Shown here piece by piece: positions 29,809 through 41,318 of a stretch of 64,000 bases of DNA (the stretch's first letter is position 1; each line of letters begins with the position of its first letter). The notes beneath the pieces were generated by a model that saw nothing but the letters and a program-made list of their open reading frames with translations, searched no databases and was not told the DNA's origin. The stretch is from an uncultured Clostridium sp. (GTDB lineage Bacteria > Bacillota > Clostridia > Lachnospirales > Lachnospiraceae), in the NCBI GenBank assembly GCA_964484055.1, contig CAZAEC010000011.1, forward strand, positions 2,107-66,106. The letters are read 5' to 3'. The position numbers and the translations under genes were made by a program.

Positions 29809-30132
29809 TTATGCAATTGTCTCGTCTTTCGTATCTATCTGTTTGCAGATCCCATCTGCAAACCCTTGATCCAAAACAGCCAGAGAAGCTCTAAACTGTT
29901 TTCCCATCGCGTGTCCAAGAGAATCTTTATCTCCATAAAAACGAATTGGAACCTTATAAAATTCGCACATATTACGGAAATTCTTTTTTGTATTCTCCGA
30001 TGAATCTTCTGCAACGATCACCAATGTAGCCTTTCCGCTCTTGACTTCACGTTCCGTCATGAATTCACCGCTCACTGTCTTTCCTGCTTTTGTTGCAAGA
30101 CCGATCAATGAGAAAATTCTATTTGGTTTCAA
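29809..30132 (-). CDS. ylxQ: L7Ae/L30e family RNA-binding protein (YlxQ-like)
   Basis: SLIGLATKAGKTVSGE, LVIVAEDSSENT; likely TTG start at 30132. Confidence 0.9.
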   Translation of the reverse strand: MKPNRIFSLIGLATKAGKTVSGEFMTEREVKSGKATLVIVAEDSSENTKKNFRNMCEFYKVPIRFYGDKDSLGHAMGKQFRASLAVLDQGFADGICKQIDTKDETIA

Positions 30133-30397
30133 TCTCACCCATCTCCTTTTCCAGGCGCTCATATACTTCCGAAGGGATTGCCTGTTTAAAAGAGCGCTCC
30201 AATCCTCTACTCTTTACCGCTTTTTTGAAGCACTCCTGTGACTGACAAAGATATGCTCCTCGCCCATTCATCTTTCCTGTTCTATCTAGAACAAATTCTC
30301 CTTCTTGCGTACGAAGCACCCGAAGTAAATCTTTCTTCGGTATCATTTCCCCACAACCTACACATTTACGCTGTGGTATCTTACGCTGCATTGTCAA
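30119..30397 (-). CDS. ylxR: YlxR / RnpM family protein
   Basis: PQRKCVGC, KKDLLRV, GRGAYLC....C. Confidence 0.93.
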   Translation of the reverse strand: MTMQRKIPQRKCVGCGEMIPKKDLLRVLRTQEGEFVLDRTGKMNGRGAYLCQSQECFKKAVKSRGLERSFKQAIPSEVYERLEKEMGEIETK

Positions 30398-30420
30398 TTG
30401 AACTCACCTCTTTATATGGA

Positions 30421-31593
30421 TTATTCTTCTGTTTCGACAAATTCGTATTCTTCTGTTTCTTCTGGACACTCTTCATCATATGATTCATATTCTTCAACAT
30501 ATCCATCATCTTCCATCATTGCCATCTGATCCATATAATCTTCTGCCAATTCACCTGATGCAATTGCCTGTGATTCGCTCTTGATATCAATCTTATAACC
30601 TGTCAAGCGTGCCGCAAGTCTTGCATTCTGTCCTTCTTTACCAATTGCAAGAGAAAGCTGATAATCAGGAACGATTACACTTGCCATCTTTTCATCTGGA
30701 TCAGCTGCTACTGAGATAACCTTTGCTGGACTGAGTGCATTTTCAATAAGAAGTGCTGGATTTTCATCCCAATTGATGATGTCAATCTTTTCACCACGAA
30801 GCTCATTTACAACTGCACCTACACGTGCTCCATTCATACCTACGCATGCTCCAACTGGATCTACGTTAGGATCGTTTGACCATACAGCCATCTTTGTACG
30901 AGAACCTGCTTCACGCGCAATGCTCTTGATCTCTACGATTCCTTCTTTTACTTCTGCAACTTCTGCTTCAAACAGACGTTTTACAAGTTCTGGATGTGTA
31001 CGAGATACAAGGATCTTTGGTCCCTTAGGAGCATTTTTAACTTCTACAATATAAAGTTTGATACGTTCTGTTGGTTTGAAAACTTCACCTTTTACCTGCT
31101 CATTTTCTGTAAGCATCGCATCTGCTCTTCCGAGGTTGATGCTGATATTTTTGCCAACATAACGCTGTACGATACCTGTTACAATGTCTTTCTCTTTTTC
31201 AAAATACTGATCAAATACAATCTTTCTTTCTTCTTCGCGGATTTTCTGAAGAATCAGGTTCTTTGCATTCTGTGTTGCAATACGTCCAAATGCTTTTGAT
31301 TCTACAGGAACCTGTGCAATATCACCAAGGTGAAGTGAAGAATTCAGCTTTTCTGCATCTTCAAGGCTGATCTCTAACGCTGGATCAAATACTTCTTCTA
31401 CAACTTCTTTTTCTGCATATACAGAATAATCACATGTTTCTCTATCCATGATGATTTTAATATTATCAGATGTACCGAAATGGTTCTTGCATGCACTGAT
31501 CAAAGAATTTTCAATTGCATCCATCATTGTTTCTTTACTGATATTTTTTTCTTCTTCCAGAATCGTCAATGCTTCCAATAATTCAGTATTCAT
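30421..31593 (-). CDS. nusA: Transcription termination/antitermination factor NusA
   Basis: FGRIATQNAK, SRTHPELV, IAREAGSRTK, GACVGMNGARV, LSLAIGKEGQNARLAARLTG; acidic C-terminal tail. Confidence 0.98.
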   Translation of the reverse strand: MNTELLEALTILEEEKNISKETMMDAIENSLISACKNHFGTSDNIKIIMDRETCDYSVYAEKEVVEEVFDPALEISLEDAEKLNSSLHLGDIAQVPVESKAFGRIATQNAKNLILQKIREEERKIVFDQYFEKEKDIVTGIVQRYVGKNISINLGRADAMLTENEQVKGEVFKPTERIKLYIVEVKNAPKGPKILVSRTHPELVKRLFEAEVAEVKEGIVEIKSIAREAGSRTKMAVWSNDPNVDPVGACVGMNGARVGAVVNELRGEKIDIINWDENPALLIENALSPAKVISVAADPDEKMASVIVPDYQLSLAIGKEGQNARLAARLTGYKIDIKSESQAIASGELAEDYMDQMAMMEDDGYVEEYESYDEECPEETEEYEFVETEE

Positions 31594-31613
31594 TTTATCT
31601 TCCTCCTAAAAAA

Positions 31614-32081
31614 TTAAAAATCAAGCGCCAATCGAATCAGCGCAATATCACTTCTATCAAAGACCTGTTCTGTGTCATCTTCATATGCAATCGTCACTGT
31701 ATCTTTATCATAAGCTTTTAATACTCCGATAAATTCTTTCTGTCTATCAATTGCACGGTAAGTTCTTATCTCGACTTCTTCTCCAAGACTTCTTTTAAAA
31801 TCTTTTTCTTTTTTCAGCGGTCTTCCAAGTCCTGGTGAACTCACCTCAAAAATATAAGAATCTTCGATATAATCCTTCTCATCTAAAATATCTGAAAACT
31901 GTCTGCTCACTACTTCGCAGTCATCTACTGTAATTCCACCTGGTTTATCAATGTATGCTCTCAGATACCAGTTACCGGCCTCTTTTACATATTCTACATC
32001 TACCAGTTCAAATCCATGTTCTGTTACGATTGGTTCCAGAAGTTCTTCTGTGTGTTTTTCGTATTCTTCTCTTCTTGACAC
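31614..32081 (-). CDS. rimP: Ribosome maturation factor RimP
   Basis: GFELVDVEY, LRAYIDKPGGITVDDC, EVSSPGLGRPLK. Confidence 0.97.
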   Translation of the reverse strand: MSRREEYEKHTEELLEPIVTEHGFELVDVEYVKEAGNWYLRAYIDKPGGITVDDCEVVSRQFSDILDEKDYIEDSYIFEVSSPGLGRPLKKEKDFKRSLGEEVEIRTYRAIDRQKEFIGVLKAYDKDTVTIAYEDDTEQVFDRSDIALIRLALDF

Positions 32082-32193
32082 AATAACATTCCTTCCTTCA
32101 TTATTATTCGCTTAGTCCTAATCGGCCTTATATCCCTTGTCCACTCTTGGAGACATGCCTTTATACATGGAAACAATTCTTTTTCCAATATAT

Positions 32194-32222
32194 AAAGAAG
32201 AGTGGAACTATGTCCACTCTTC
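32194..32222 (-). promoter_or_regulatory. rimP (ylxS)-type leader terminator
   Basis: GAAGAGTGGAC-atag-TTCCACTCTTC-TTTA, downstream of a TTGATT-17-TATACT promoter (~32250-32278); resembles the AGAGTGG..CCACTCT hairpin known upstream of ylxS/rimP. Confidence 0.75.
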
Positions 32223-32289
32223 CGCCGATTTCTTTATGTAACTGCATGTAGTATAGCACCCTTTTTTTATAAAATCAAGGGATTTTCTC

Positions 32290-34533
32290 TTATTTTCGCA
32301 TTTTTGTACCAGTTCCATCTCGTTTTGCAAGCTTCAAACGATTCAAAGTTATCTCTTTCTCATTATAAATGATCTTGGCTTCTCTACCCTCTTCAAACAG
32401 ATAGATCCCTTCTAGTTCATCTTTTCTTTGAAGTTTGATCCCTCGTACCCCAACTGCTGCCTTTTTCTTTTCCGGAATATCTGCTACTGGGAATCGAAGA
32501 AAATATTCATTCTTTGTCCGTAGTACAATGTGCTGATTCTCCATCACAACCAGTACATCTAAAAGTTCATCTTCCTCCTGAAGCTTTGTAGCCGCAACAC
32601 TTCGTTTTGCGACAAGGAACTCACTTCCATCAACCACTTTGATCATTCCCTGTTTTGTAACAAAAATATATTTACTATAAAGTAACTGACCCGAATCTAC
32701 TATTTTTATGATTCGTTCTTCTGTACTGACAAAATTGCTAACATTATCGATCGGTGTTCCTTTGTCACGGAACTTTCCATATGGAAGGTCTAATACCTTC
32801 ACTTGATGCATCTTACCAGCTTCAGTAAAAATACATAACTTGCCTGTATTCATGCAACGAATGATATATTTATTTTCCGCATCCGCTGCTTCTTTATTTC
32901 TTTCATATACAGATACGTCCACACATTTCGTATATCCAAAACGATCCATCAGAACAACAACTTCTTGTTCTTCAATCTTCTTCTCTTCAAATACAGCTTC
33001 CTCTGCATTTTCAATTGCTGTACGTCGCGCTCTTCCGTATTCTTTCTTAAATCGATCCAGTTCTTCGATGATAACATTTGCCATAGAATCATAATGATTC
33101 AAGATATCTTCATATCGTTCAATATTCTTCAATGTCTCTTCATGTTCTTTCTGCAATGCCTGAATTTCAAGTCCTATCAATTTATATAAACGCATCTCTA
33201 AGATTGCTGTTGCCTGTCGTTCTGTAAAACGAAGCATAGATGCCATCTTTTCGGATCTCTTAGTCTTAAACTTGATATTCTCTGTGATTCCGTTAACCAA
33301 ACAAGCCTTCGCATCTTTTACATTAGAACTACCTCGAAGAATCTCGATGATCAGATCAATTACGTCACACGCTTTAATAAGACCTTCCTGAATCTCCTTC
33401 TTTTCAAGTTCTTTTGCAAGCAGTGTTTTATACTTTCTTGTTGTCAGTTCAAACTGAAAATCCACATGATGTTCAATGATCTGTTTGAGACTCAATGTTT
33501 CTGGTCTTCCATTTGCGACCGCAAGCATATTTACACCAAATGTATCTTCCAAACGGGTCTTTTTATAGAGCATATTTTTCAAGTTCTCTACATCTGCTCC
33601 ACGTTTCAATTCTAATACAATACGGATCCCTTCTTTGGATGACTGGTTTGAAATATCTGTGATGTCAGTTGTCTTTTTTGTTTCAACCAGATTCGCCACA
33701 TCATTTAAGAATTTTCCAATCCCACTTCCGATCATTGTATAAGGGATTTCTGAGATCACAAGCAGCTTCTTACCGCCCTTCTGATCTTCTACTTCTACTT
33801 TTCCTCGAAGCTTGATCTTTCCTTGTCCTGTTTCGTAAATATTCAGAAGTTCATCCTGATTGACTACGATACCTCCTGTTGGGAAATCTGGTCCTTTGAT
33901 ATACTGCATCAACTGCTCTGTCGTAATATTTTGATCTTTCATATATGCTTTAACAGCATCAATGACTTCCCCAAGATTGTGAGTCGGAATACTTGTCGCC
34001 ATACCAACAGCGATTCCCTCTGCCCCGTTCACAAGCAGATTAGGAACTCTTGCAGGCAATACAAGTGGTTCTTTTTCTGTTTCATCAAAGTTCGGACCAA
34101 AATCAATCACATTCTTATCAAGATCCGATAAATATACTTCCTGCGTAAACTTTGTAAGTCTCGCTTCTGTATATCGCATGGCCGCAGCCCCATCACCTTC
34201 AATAGAGCCAAAGTTACCATGTCCATCAACAAGGATCATTCCTTTTTTGAAATCCTGTGCCATAACAACCAGAGATTCATAAATAGAGCTGTCGCCGTGC
34301 GGATGATATTTACCCATCGTATCTCCTACGATACGTGCACACTTACGATATGGCTTATCATATCGAATCCCCAATTCATGCATGTCATAAAGCGTTCTTC
34401 TCTGTACCGGTTTCAACCCATCTCGCACATCTGGAAGTGCACGGGAAATGATAACGCTCATGGCATAATCTATATATGATTTTTTCATCAAATCCGAATA
34501 TTCTGTCCGGATGATCTGTGATTCGTTATTCAT
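32290..34533 (-). CDS. parC: Type IIA topoisomerase A subunit, ParC-like
   Basis: [34 protein letters not shown] (catalytic Tyr); no QRRGGKG GyrA-box visible. Confidence 0.85.
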   Translation of the reverse strand: MNNESQIIRTEYSDLMKKSYIDYAMSVIISRALPDVRDGLKPVQRRTLYDMHELGIRYDKPYRKCARIVGDTMGKYHPHGDSSIYESLVVMAQDFKKGMILVDGHGNFGSIEGDGAAAMRYTEARLTKFTQEVYLSDLDKNVIDFGPNFDETEKEPLVLPARVPNLLVNGAEGIAVGMATSIPTHNLGEVIDAVKAYMKDQNITTEQLMQYIKGPDFPTGGIVVNQDELLNIYETGQGKIKLRGKVEVEDQKGGKKLLVISEIPYTMIGSGIGKFLNDVANLVETKKTTDITDISNQSSKEGIRIVLELKRGADVENLKNMLYKKTRLEDTFGVNMLAVANGRPETLSLKQIIEHHVDFQFELTTRKYKTLLAKELEKKEIQEGLIKACDVIDLIIEILRGSSNVKDAKACLVNGITENIKFKTKRSEKMASMLRFTERQATAILEMRLYKLIGLEIQALQKEHEETLKNIERYEDILNHYDSMANVIIEELDRFKKEYGRARRTAIENAEEAVFEEKKIEEQEVVVLMDRFGYTKCVDVSVYERNKEAADAENKYIIRCMNTGKLCIFTEAGKMHQVKVLDLPYGKFRDKGTPIDNVSNFVSTEERIIKIVDSGQLLYSKYIFVTKQGMIKVVDGSEFLVAKRSVAATKLQEEDELLDVLVVMENQHIVLRTKNEYFLRFPVADIPEKKKAAVGVRGIKLQRKDELEGIYLFEEGREAKIIYNEKEITLNRLKLAKRDGTGTKMRK

Positions 34534-34563
34534 CTATTTCTCCTTCTATCGCCAATCCCTGTT

Positions 34564-36486
34564 TTAAATATCCAGTTCAGCTTCTGTTGCATTTTCATAA
34601 ATAAATGCTCGTCTTGGAGGAACTTCTGTTCCCATCAGCATCTCTGTCACACTAGATGCCATTCTCGCATCTTCAATCTCGATCCTGCGCATCATTCGTG
34701 TCTCCGGATTCAACGTTGTCTCCCAAAGCTGCTGTGCATCCATCTCACCAAGACCTTTGTATCTCTGCAATGTAAATGGGCCATCGTGTGTCTTACGATA
34801 ACGTTCCAATGCAGCATCATCGTACAAATACTCTTCTTCCCCTTTTTTCGGCATTGCTTTATACAATGGAGGCATTGCTACATAAACATGTCCTTCATAG
34901 ATCAATTCTGGCATAAAACGATAGAACAATGTAAGTAATAATGTAGAAATATGCGCACCATCCACATCGGCATCAGCCATGATGATGATCTTGTCATAAC
35001 GCAATTTACTAATATCAAAATCATTACCATAACCTTCAGAAAATCCACAACCAAAGGCATTGATCATTGTCTTGATCTCAGCATTCGCAAGCACTTTATC
35101 AATACTTGCCTTTTCAACATTCAAGATCTTACCACGGATCGGAAGGATTGCCTGAAAACTTCTGTCACGTGCTGTCTTAGCAGAACCGCCAGCAGAATCT
35201 CCTTCGACGATAAAGATCTCACATTTTTTTGGATCTCTGCTCTCACAGTTTGCAAGTTTTCCATTACTATCGAAAGAATATTTCTGCTTTGTCAGGAGAT
35301 TTGTCTTTGCCTTCTCTTCTGTCTTACGGATCTTCGCCGCTTTTTCCGCACTGGCAAGAACCGTCTTCAACACTTCCAAATTACGGTCAAAGAATAAGAC
35401 CATCTCATCGCCAGTCACCTTTCCAGCTGCTTTCGAAGCATCTGGATTATCCAGTTTTGTCTTTGTCTGTCCTTCAAAACGTGGATCTGGATGCTTGATC
35501 GACACGATTGCTGTCATTCCATTACGAATATCTGCTCCTGTAAAATTCGCATCCTTTTCTTTCAACACACCGATTTCTCTAGCATACTGATTCATCACTG
35601 TTGTAAATGTTGTCTTAAATCCAGTCAGATGTGTCCCACCTTCTGAATTGTAGATATTATTACAAAATCCAAGAATATTCTCATGGAATTCATTCACATA
35701 CTGAAACGCTACCTCTACTTCGATCCCTTCTGCTTCCCCTTTAAAATATACTGGTTCGTGAAGCACTTCTTCTTTAGCATTCAGATCTTTTATAAAACCA
35801 ATGATTCCGTCTGGCTCATGAAATTCTACATGCTCTGCCGTCTCTGGTCTCTTATCATCAAATATGATCGTCAGGTTCGGATTCAGATATGCGGTTTCAT
35901 GCATTCTGCTCTTTACCTCTTCTGCACGGAACTTTGTCTTTTCAAAAATCGTATCATCTGGCAAAAAATTTACTTTTGTTCCCGTCTTTCTTGTCTTTCC
36001 AACGATTGGAAGAAGACCATCCTCCAATTCTACAACAGGAATCCCACGTTCATAACTATCATGATGGATCGCACCTTCTCTGCTGATCCATACGTCCATA
36101 TGAGTAGAAAGCGCATTTACAACCGAGGAACCAACCCCATGAAGTCCACCGCTTGTCTTATAAGCAGAATCATCAAACTTTCCACCCGCATGTAAAGTTG
36201 TATATACAAGTCGTGCAGCAGACACTCCTTTCTGATGCATTCCAACTGGAACACCTCGTCCGTTATCCTCTACTGTTGCAGACCCATCTTTTTCCAATGT
36301 CACATGAATCTCTGTACAAAATCCAGCCAAATGCTCATCCACAGCGTTATCTACGATCTCATAGATCAAATGATTCAAACCTTTTGTTGAAACACTTCCG
36401 ATATACATACCTGGACGCTTGCGTACCGCTTCAAGTCCTTCTAATACAGCAATGCTGTCTGCATCATATGTAGTCTTTTTACTCAT
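34564..36486 (-). CDS. parE: Type IIA topoisomerase B subunit, ParE-like
   Basis: EGLEAVRKRPGMYIG, DNGRGVP, GGLHGVGSS, EGDSAGG (TOPRIM), RYKGLGEM. Confidence 0.85.
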   Translation of the reverse strand: MSKKTTYDADSIAVLEGLEAVRKRPGMYIGSVSTKGLNHLIYEIVDNAVDEHLAGFCTEIHVTLEKDGSATVEDNGRGVPVGMHQKGVSAARLVYTTLHAGGKFDDSAYKTSGGLHGVGSSVVNALSTHMDVWISREGAIHHDSYERGIPVVELEDGLLPIVGKTRKTGTKVNFLPDDTIFEKTKFRAEEVKSRMHETAYLNPNLTIIFDDKRPETAEHVEFHEPDGIIGFIKDLNAKEEVLHEPVYFKGEAEGIEVEVAFQYVNEFHENILGFCNNIYNSEGGTHLTGFKTTFTTVMNQYAREIGVLKEKDANFTGADIRNGMTAIVSIKHPDPRFEGQTKTKLDNPDASKAAGKVTGDEMVLFFDRNLEVLKTVLASAEKAAKIRKTEEKAKTNLLTKQKYSFDSNGKLANCESRDPKKCEIFIVEGDSAGGSAKTARDRSFQAILPIRGKILNVEKASIDKVLANAEIKTMINAFGCGFSEGYGNDFDISKLRYDKIIIMADADVDGAHISTLLLTLFYRFMPELIYEGHVYVAMPPLYKAMPKKGEEEYLYDDAALERYRKTHDGPFTLQRYKGLGEMDAQQLWETTLNPETRMMRRIEIEDARMASSVTEMLMGTEVPPRRAFIYENATEAELDI

Positions 36487-36595
36487 AATACCTCTCCTTC
36501 TTTACAATCAGTTAATCATAGCATGAAACGCAAGTTTTTTGCAACACCCAAAACATATGTTCGTCATTTTGTATAAATTTTCATATTTTTTTGTA

Positions 36596-37843
36596 CTATT
36601 TTTCCAACAGTACTGAATGCAATACTTCCGCAAGCACCTCCATCGCATTACGCATTTCTTGAACTGTATTCGTCTGTGCCCCTGCTTCAATCAACAATGA
36701 CTTCGGCATCATATGTAAACTATAACGATACCCTCTCAAATAGGTCTTTCTTGCAAATCCTGCATACATTTGCTCACAGGCAAGTTTCATTTGAAACGAA
36801 AACGCCAAATTATCTGGGATATAAGGATTATATAAATATTCCAATTCCCCATTCGTCCTCGTCCTGCTCAACCCATTAAAAAACATTACCTGCGCCGTCG
36901 GCTTGCCATCAATCTCCGTCACCAAATGTGTTGTCTCTGCAACACCATCTCTATGCAGATCAATCACCACCTCTATCGACGGATTCTGCGCAAGAATATT
37001 TCTCACGGAAGCCTCCGCGTATTCATAAGCATTACTCCGATCCAATTGACCATTGATAATATCGTAAACTCCCGTGTCGTGTATCGTTGGGATTCCCTTC
37101 GCATTCAACAACTGGGTCAAATATTCCCCGACCCCTACGATCGTCGTACTCACATCACCTTCAACCGAATCTGCAAATCCTTCCTGCGAATGCGTATGAA
37201 AGATCAACACTTTTGGAGTATTATCTTTCACTTCAACCTTCATACTTTTTCCCAAGAGTTCATCTACATTCAGATCACTCTCATATACGATCGTTGAACT
37301 ATCCACTGTATAAAACTGCCCCAACAAATATTCAAAATCTCTTAATCTTTCCAACGACAGATCCATGACTGGCTCATTCACAGCCGGCACTATATTCTCG
37401 ACCGCTTCTACTTCTCCTACCAAATTTCCATTTTCATCAACCATCACTTCTTCATTTGCCTGACATTCTAAGATTTTTCTAACCGTATCTTCATCATCAT
37501 CCCTTGTTTCATATTTCTTTATGCTATCCAAATATCCTGTAAACGGAACAGCCATTTTCATCTGTTTCATCAACCACTGATTCACTGTAAACTCTTCTTC
37601 TTTCAAATACAATAATCCAGGAACATAAGATTCACCTGCTACTCTTTCGATTATTTGATTCCATTGATAAACCAGTCCCATTCCTGTATTCATAATATAC
37701 GATTTCACTTGATAAACAAGAAACAAAAGCATCATCACACAAATGATTCTTCCATGTAATTTTCTTCTATTTTGAAAATGAACTTTCGCAAATTCTTTTT
37801 CTTTCATATTAGTTTCATAAATATACTGTTTCATACTTTCCAC
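36596..37843 (-). CDS. spoIIP: Stage II sporulation protein P (amidase/endopeptidase)
   Basis: VLIFHTHSQE, VIDLHRDG, SLLIEAGAQTN; follows gpr. Confidence 0.93.
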   Translation of the reverse strand: MESMKQYIYETNMKEKEFAKVHFQNRRKLHGRIICVMMLLFLVYQVKSYIMNTGMGLVYQWNQIIERVAGESYVPGLLYLKEEEFTVNQWLMKQMKMAVPFTGYLDSIKKYETRDDDEDTVRKILECQANEEVMVDENGNLVGEVEAVENIVPAVNEPVMDLSLERLRDFEYLLGQFYTVDSSTIVYESDLNVDELLGKSMKVEVKDNTPKVLIFHTHSQEGFADSVEGDVSTTIVGVGEYLTQLLNAKGIPTIHDTGVYDIINGQLDRSNAYEYAEASVRNILAQNPSIEVVIDLHRDGVAETTHLVTEIDGKPTAQVMFFNGLSRTRTNGELEYLYNPYIPDNLAFSFQMKLACEQMYAGFARKTYLRGYRYSLHMMPKSLLIEAGAQTNTVQEMRNAMEVLAEVLHSVLLEK

Positions 37844-37877
37844 TTATCTATTCTTCAATTACAGCTCCATATATCCA

Positions 37878-37906
37878 AATATATTCTCACCCAACAAATT
37901 CTATGC
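37878..37906 (-). promoter_or_regulatory. Possible SigE-type promoter for spoIIP
   Basis: GCATAG-15 bp-AATATATT on the minus strand. Confidence 0.45.
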
Positions 37907-37909
37907 TTT

Positions 37910-38872
37910 TTATATAAACAAGAAATTCAAAGCTTCTGAAATTGTATAACTCATCTGTTCGATCAACTCATCCTCTTCCTTCAAAGTCACATACATTCCA
38001 TTCATCTGTGGTGCGATCACTTCTTTGATTAATTCATATTTTTCTGATTCTGTATACGAATGCAAAATATTCCCTGTTCTCTTTAATGTCTTTGAAGACT
38101 CTAAAATATGAAGCAGATTTTCCATTGTATCATTCACAATCGTTGCTGCATTAACGACTGTTGGTACGCCAATCCCAAGCACAGGGACACCTAATAATTT
38201 CTGATTTAATCCTCTTCGATGATTTCCCACTCCTGACCCCGGATGGATCCCTGCATCCGAAATCTGAATTGTACGATTTAATCGTTTACAATTTCTCGCT
38301 GCTAATGCATCCACCGCAATCACTAGATCCGGCCTCGTCTCTTGTACGATTCCTTTTATGATTTCTGACGTTTCCATTCCTGTTTGCCCCATAACACCAG
38401 GTGCGATCGCACTGATATATTTTCGTTCTTCATTTTCTAATGCATATTTTCCATACTCTTTTACAATATGTCTCGTCACATATAAATGATCCACCACATA
38501 TGGCCCCAATGCATCTGGTGTCACATTTCTATTTCCTAAACCTACGATCAAAATAGAAATATCATTCTCTTTCTCCACCTTTTCTTGGATCAGATCTTCG
38601 ATATGTTCTGCCAATTTTTCTGAAATTTCTTTATGATAATCTTCGTCCTTCATCCCTAGATTCGGAGCTTCCAAAGTAAGATAAACGCCTACCGGTTTTC
38701 CCATTATTTTCGCTCCCTTTTCAGTTTCTATCTTCACCCGTGTCACGCGAAGTTCCGATTTCTCATCATACTCTTCTTCCAAAACCACTCCTGGTATCTC
38801 CACATTATCACTTTCAAATCGTTCCTTCTCCTCCAAAGCAAGATCTGTGCGAACACTATCCCTTTCTATCAT
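37910..38872 (-). CDS. gpr: Germination protease GPR
   Basis: RTDLALE, GLGNRNVTPDALGP, APGVMGQTGMET, VDALAAR, HPGSGVGNHR, GVPTVV; likely start ATG 38872. Confidence 0.96.
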   Translation of the reverse strand: MIERDSVRTDLALEEKERFESDNVEIPGVVLEEEYDEKSELRVTRVKIETEKGAKIMGKPVGVYLTLEAPNLGMKDEDYHKEISEKLAEHIEDLIQEKVEKENDISILIVGLGNRNVTPDALGPYVVDHLYVTRHIVKEYGKYALENEERKYISAIAPGVMGQTGMETSEIIKGIVQETRPDLVIAVDALAARNCKRLNRTIQISDAGIHPGSGVGNHRRGLNQKLLGVPVLGIGVPTVVNAATIVNDTMENLLHILESSKTLKRTGNILHSYTESEKYELIKEVIAPQMNGMYVTLKEEDELIEQMSYTISEALNFLFI

Positions 38873-38955
38873 GCCCTTATTTTCCTCCCTTTTTCTGCAA
38901 TCATTCTGTTTTTTCAAATTATGAATATTTTTTACAACTTTTTTCAAAATATGTA

Positions 38956-38984
38956 TTGACAACCATTACCAATTGGAATAAAAT
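38956..38984 (+). promoter_or_regulatory. SigA promoter of rpsT
   Basis: TTGACA-17 bp-TAAAAT. Confidence 0.8.
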
Positions 38985-39097
38985 AAATGCGTATGTTTGG
39001 TCGGAACGTCCGTGTCCGAGTCTGATCAGACCAAAACAAGCGGTTCTTTACATACCGCGTATACATTTGAAAGTCTTAATGTTTGGAGGTGTACAAA

Positions 39098-39361
39098 TTG
39101 GCTAACATTAAATCTGCTAAAAAAAGAATTTTAGTAACAGAAACAAAAACTGCTAGAAATAAAGCAATCAAGTCTAAAGTTAAAACTGCTGTTAAAAAAG
39201 TAGAAGTTGCAGTTGCTAACAAAGACGTTGAAACAGCTAAAGCTGCTCTCAGAGCTGCTGTAACAGAGATTACAAAAGCAGGAACAAAGGGTGTTTATCA
39301 CAAAAACACAGTTTCCAGAAAGATCGCTCGTTTATCTAAAGCTGTTGACAGCATTGCATAA
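39098..39361 (+). CDS. rpsT: 30S ribosomal protein S20
   Basis: ANIKSAKKR, KGVYHKN..SRKIARL; TTG start after GGAGGT. Confidence 0.98.
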   Translation: MANIKSAKKRILVTETKTARNKAIKSKVKTAVKKVEVAVANKDVETAKAALRAAVTEITKAGTKGVYHKNTVSRKIARLSKAVDSIA

Positions 39362-39381
39362 TTAGGATATACAGAACATTC

Positions 39382-39419
39382 AGGACATCCACTACCGTCA
39401 TGGTGGATGTCCTTTTTCT
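39382..39419 (+). terminator. Terminator after rpsT
   Basis: AGGACATCCAC / GTGGATGTCCT plus TTTTCTT. Confidence 0.88.
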
Positions 39420-39510
39420 TTGCCTTTTTATCTCTGCATTTGTCGAATCTTCTCCAATGTCATTAAATTATGATATACAGCAATAACTATCAAAGCTTCC
39501 ACAAAATTTC

Positions 39511-39550
39511 ACAAAAAGACAGGACACACAACTCCTGCATGTCCTGTCTT
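39511..39550 (-). terminator. Terminator after ilvC
   Basis: AAGACAGGACA / TGTCCTGTCTT with a T run on the minus strand. Confidence 0.75.
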
Positions 39551-39635
39551 GAAAAGTTCTCGCATCACAATGCCTTAATTTTTGACATTACCTCTCTGCT
39601 CGCCTTTATACTTTTATATTATGATCCAACTAATC

Positions 39636-40715
<1,080 letters not shown>

Positions 40716-40751
40716 TTATACAGTTAAAGGGATGTTTACCCCTTAGCTTTC

Positions 40752-41255
40752 TCACTCATCAAAATATGTAACGTTCTGTGATCCTCTTAACAATGCTGTG
40801 ATTCCTGTTCGAGCAATTTCAAGAATCTCAAATCCATCCATCAGATTCAAAAATCCATCAAGCTTGTTCTGTGTTCCAGTAAGCTCTATGATAAGAGAAT
40901 CTTTTTCCACATCTACAATTTTGGCTCTGAAAATCTCTGCAATCGAGATGATCTCCGCTCTCTGCTTCGCATTTGCCGCAACTTTTATCATGATCAATTC
41001 TCTGCATACCGAATCATTATCATGAAGAAGTTTAATCTCTCTTACATCTACCAGCTTGCGTACCTGCTTTTCAATCTGCTCCAAAATCTGCTCATCTCCT
41101 GAAGCAACAACTGTGATCCTTGTAAATCTTGGATCTGCTGTTGTCCCTGCCGAAATACTGTCAATACTGTATCCTCTTCGACTGAACAATCCTGAAATCC
41201 TGCTCAATACACCTGGATTATTATCTACCAATAATGAATATATCTGTTTTCTCAT
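40752..41255 (-). CDS. ilvN: Acetolactate synthase small (regulatory) subunit
   Basis: LVDNNPGVLSRISGLFSRRGYSIDSI ACT domain, RELIMIKV, EIARTG. Confidence 0.96.
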   Translation of the reverse strand: MRKQIYSLLVDNNPGVLSRISGLFSRRGYSIDSISAGTTADPRFTRITVVASGDEQILEQIEKQVRKLVDVREIKLLHDNDSVCRELIMIKVAANAKQRAEIISIAEIFRAKIVDVEKDSLIIELTGTQNKLDGFLNLMDGFEILEIARTGITALLRGSQNVTYFDE

Positions 41256-41318
41256 ATAATCTCCTATCTGATAAAAATAAATCCTTATTTTCCAAAACAG
41301 AGTGCGTTCTGTTTTATT

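Noticed and set aside
39441-39447. Spo0A box TGTCGAA
   Set aside because: It lies between two convergent terminators with no gene to regulate; a 7-mer is expected by chance in 64 kb.
39582-39612. Antisense promoter into the ilvC 3' end (TTGACA...TATACT)
   Set aside because: The spacer is 19 bp and there is no supporting downstream structure; too weak without TSS data.
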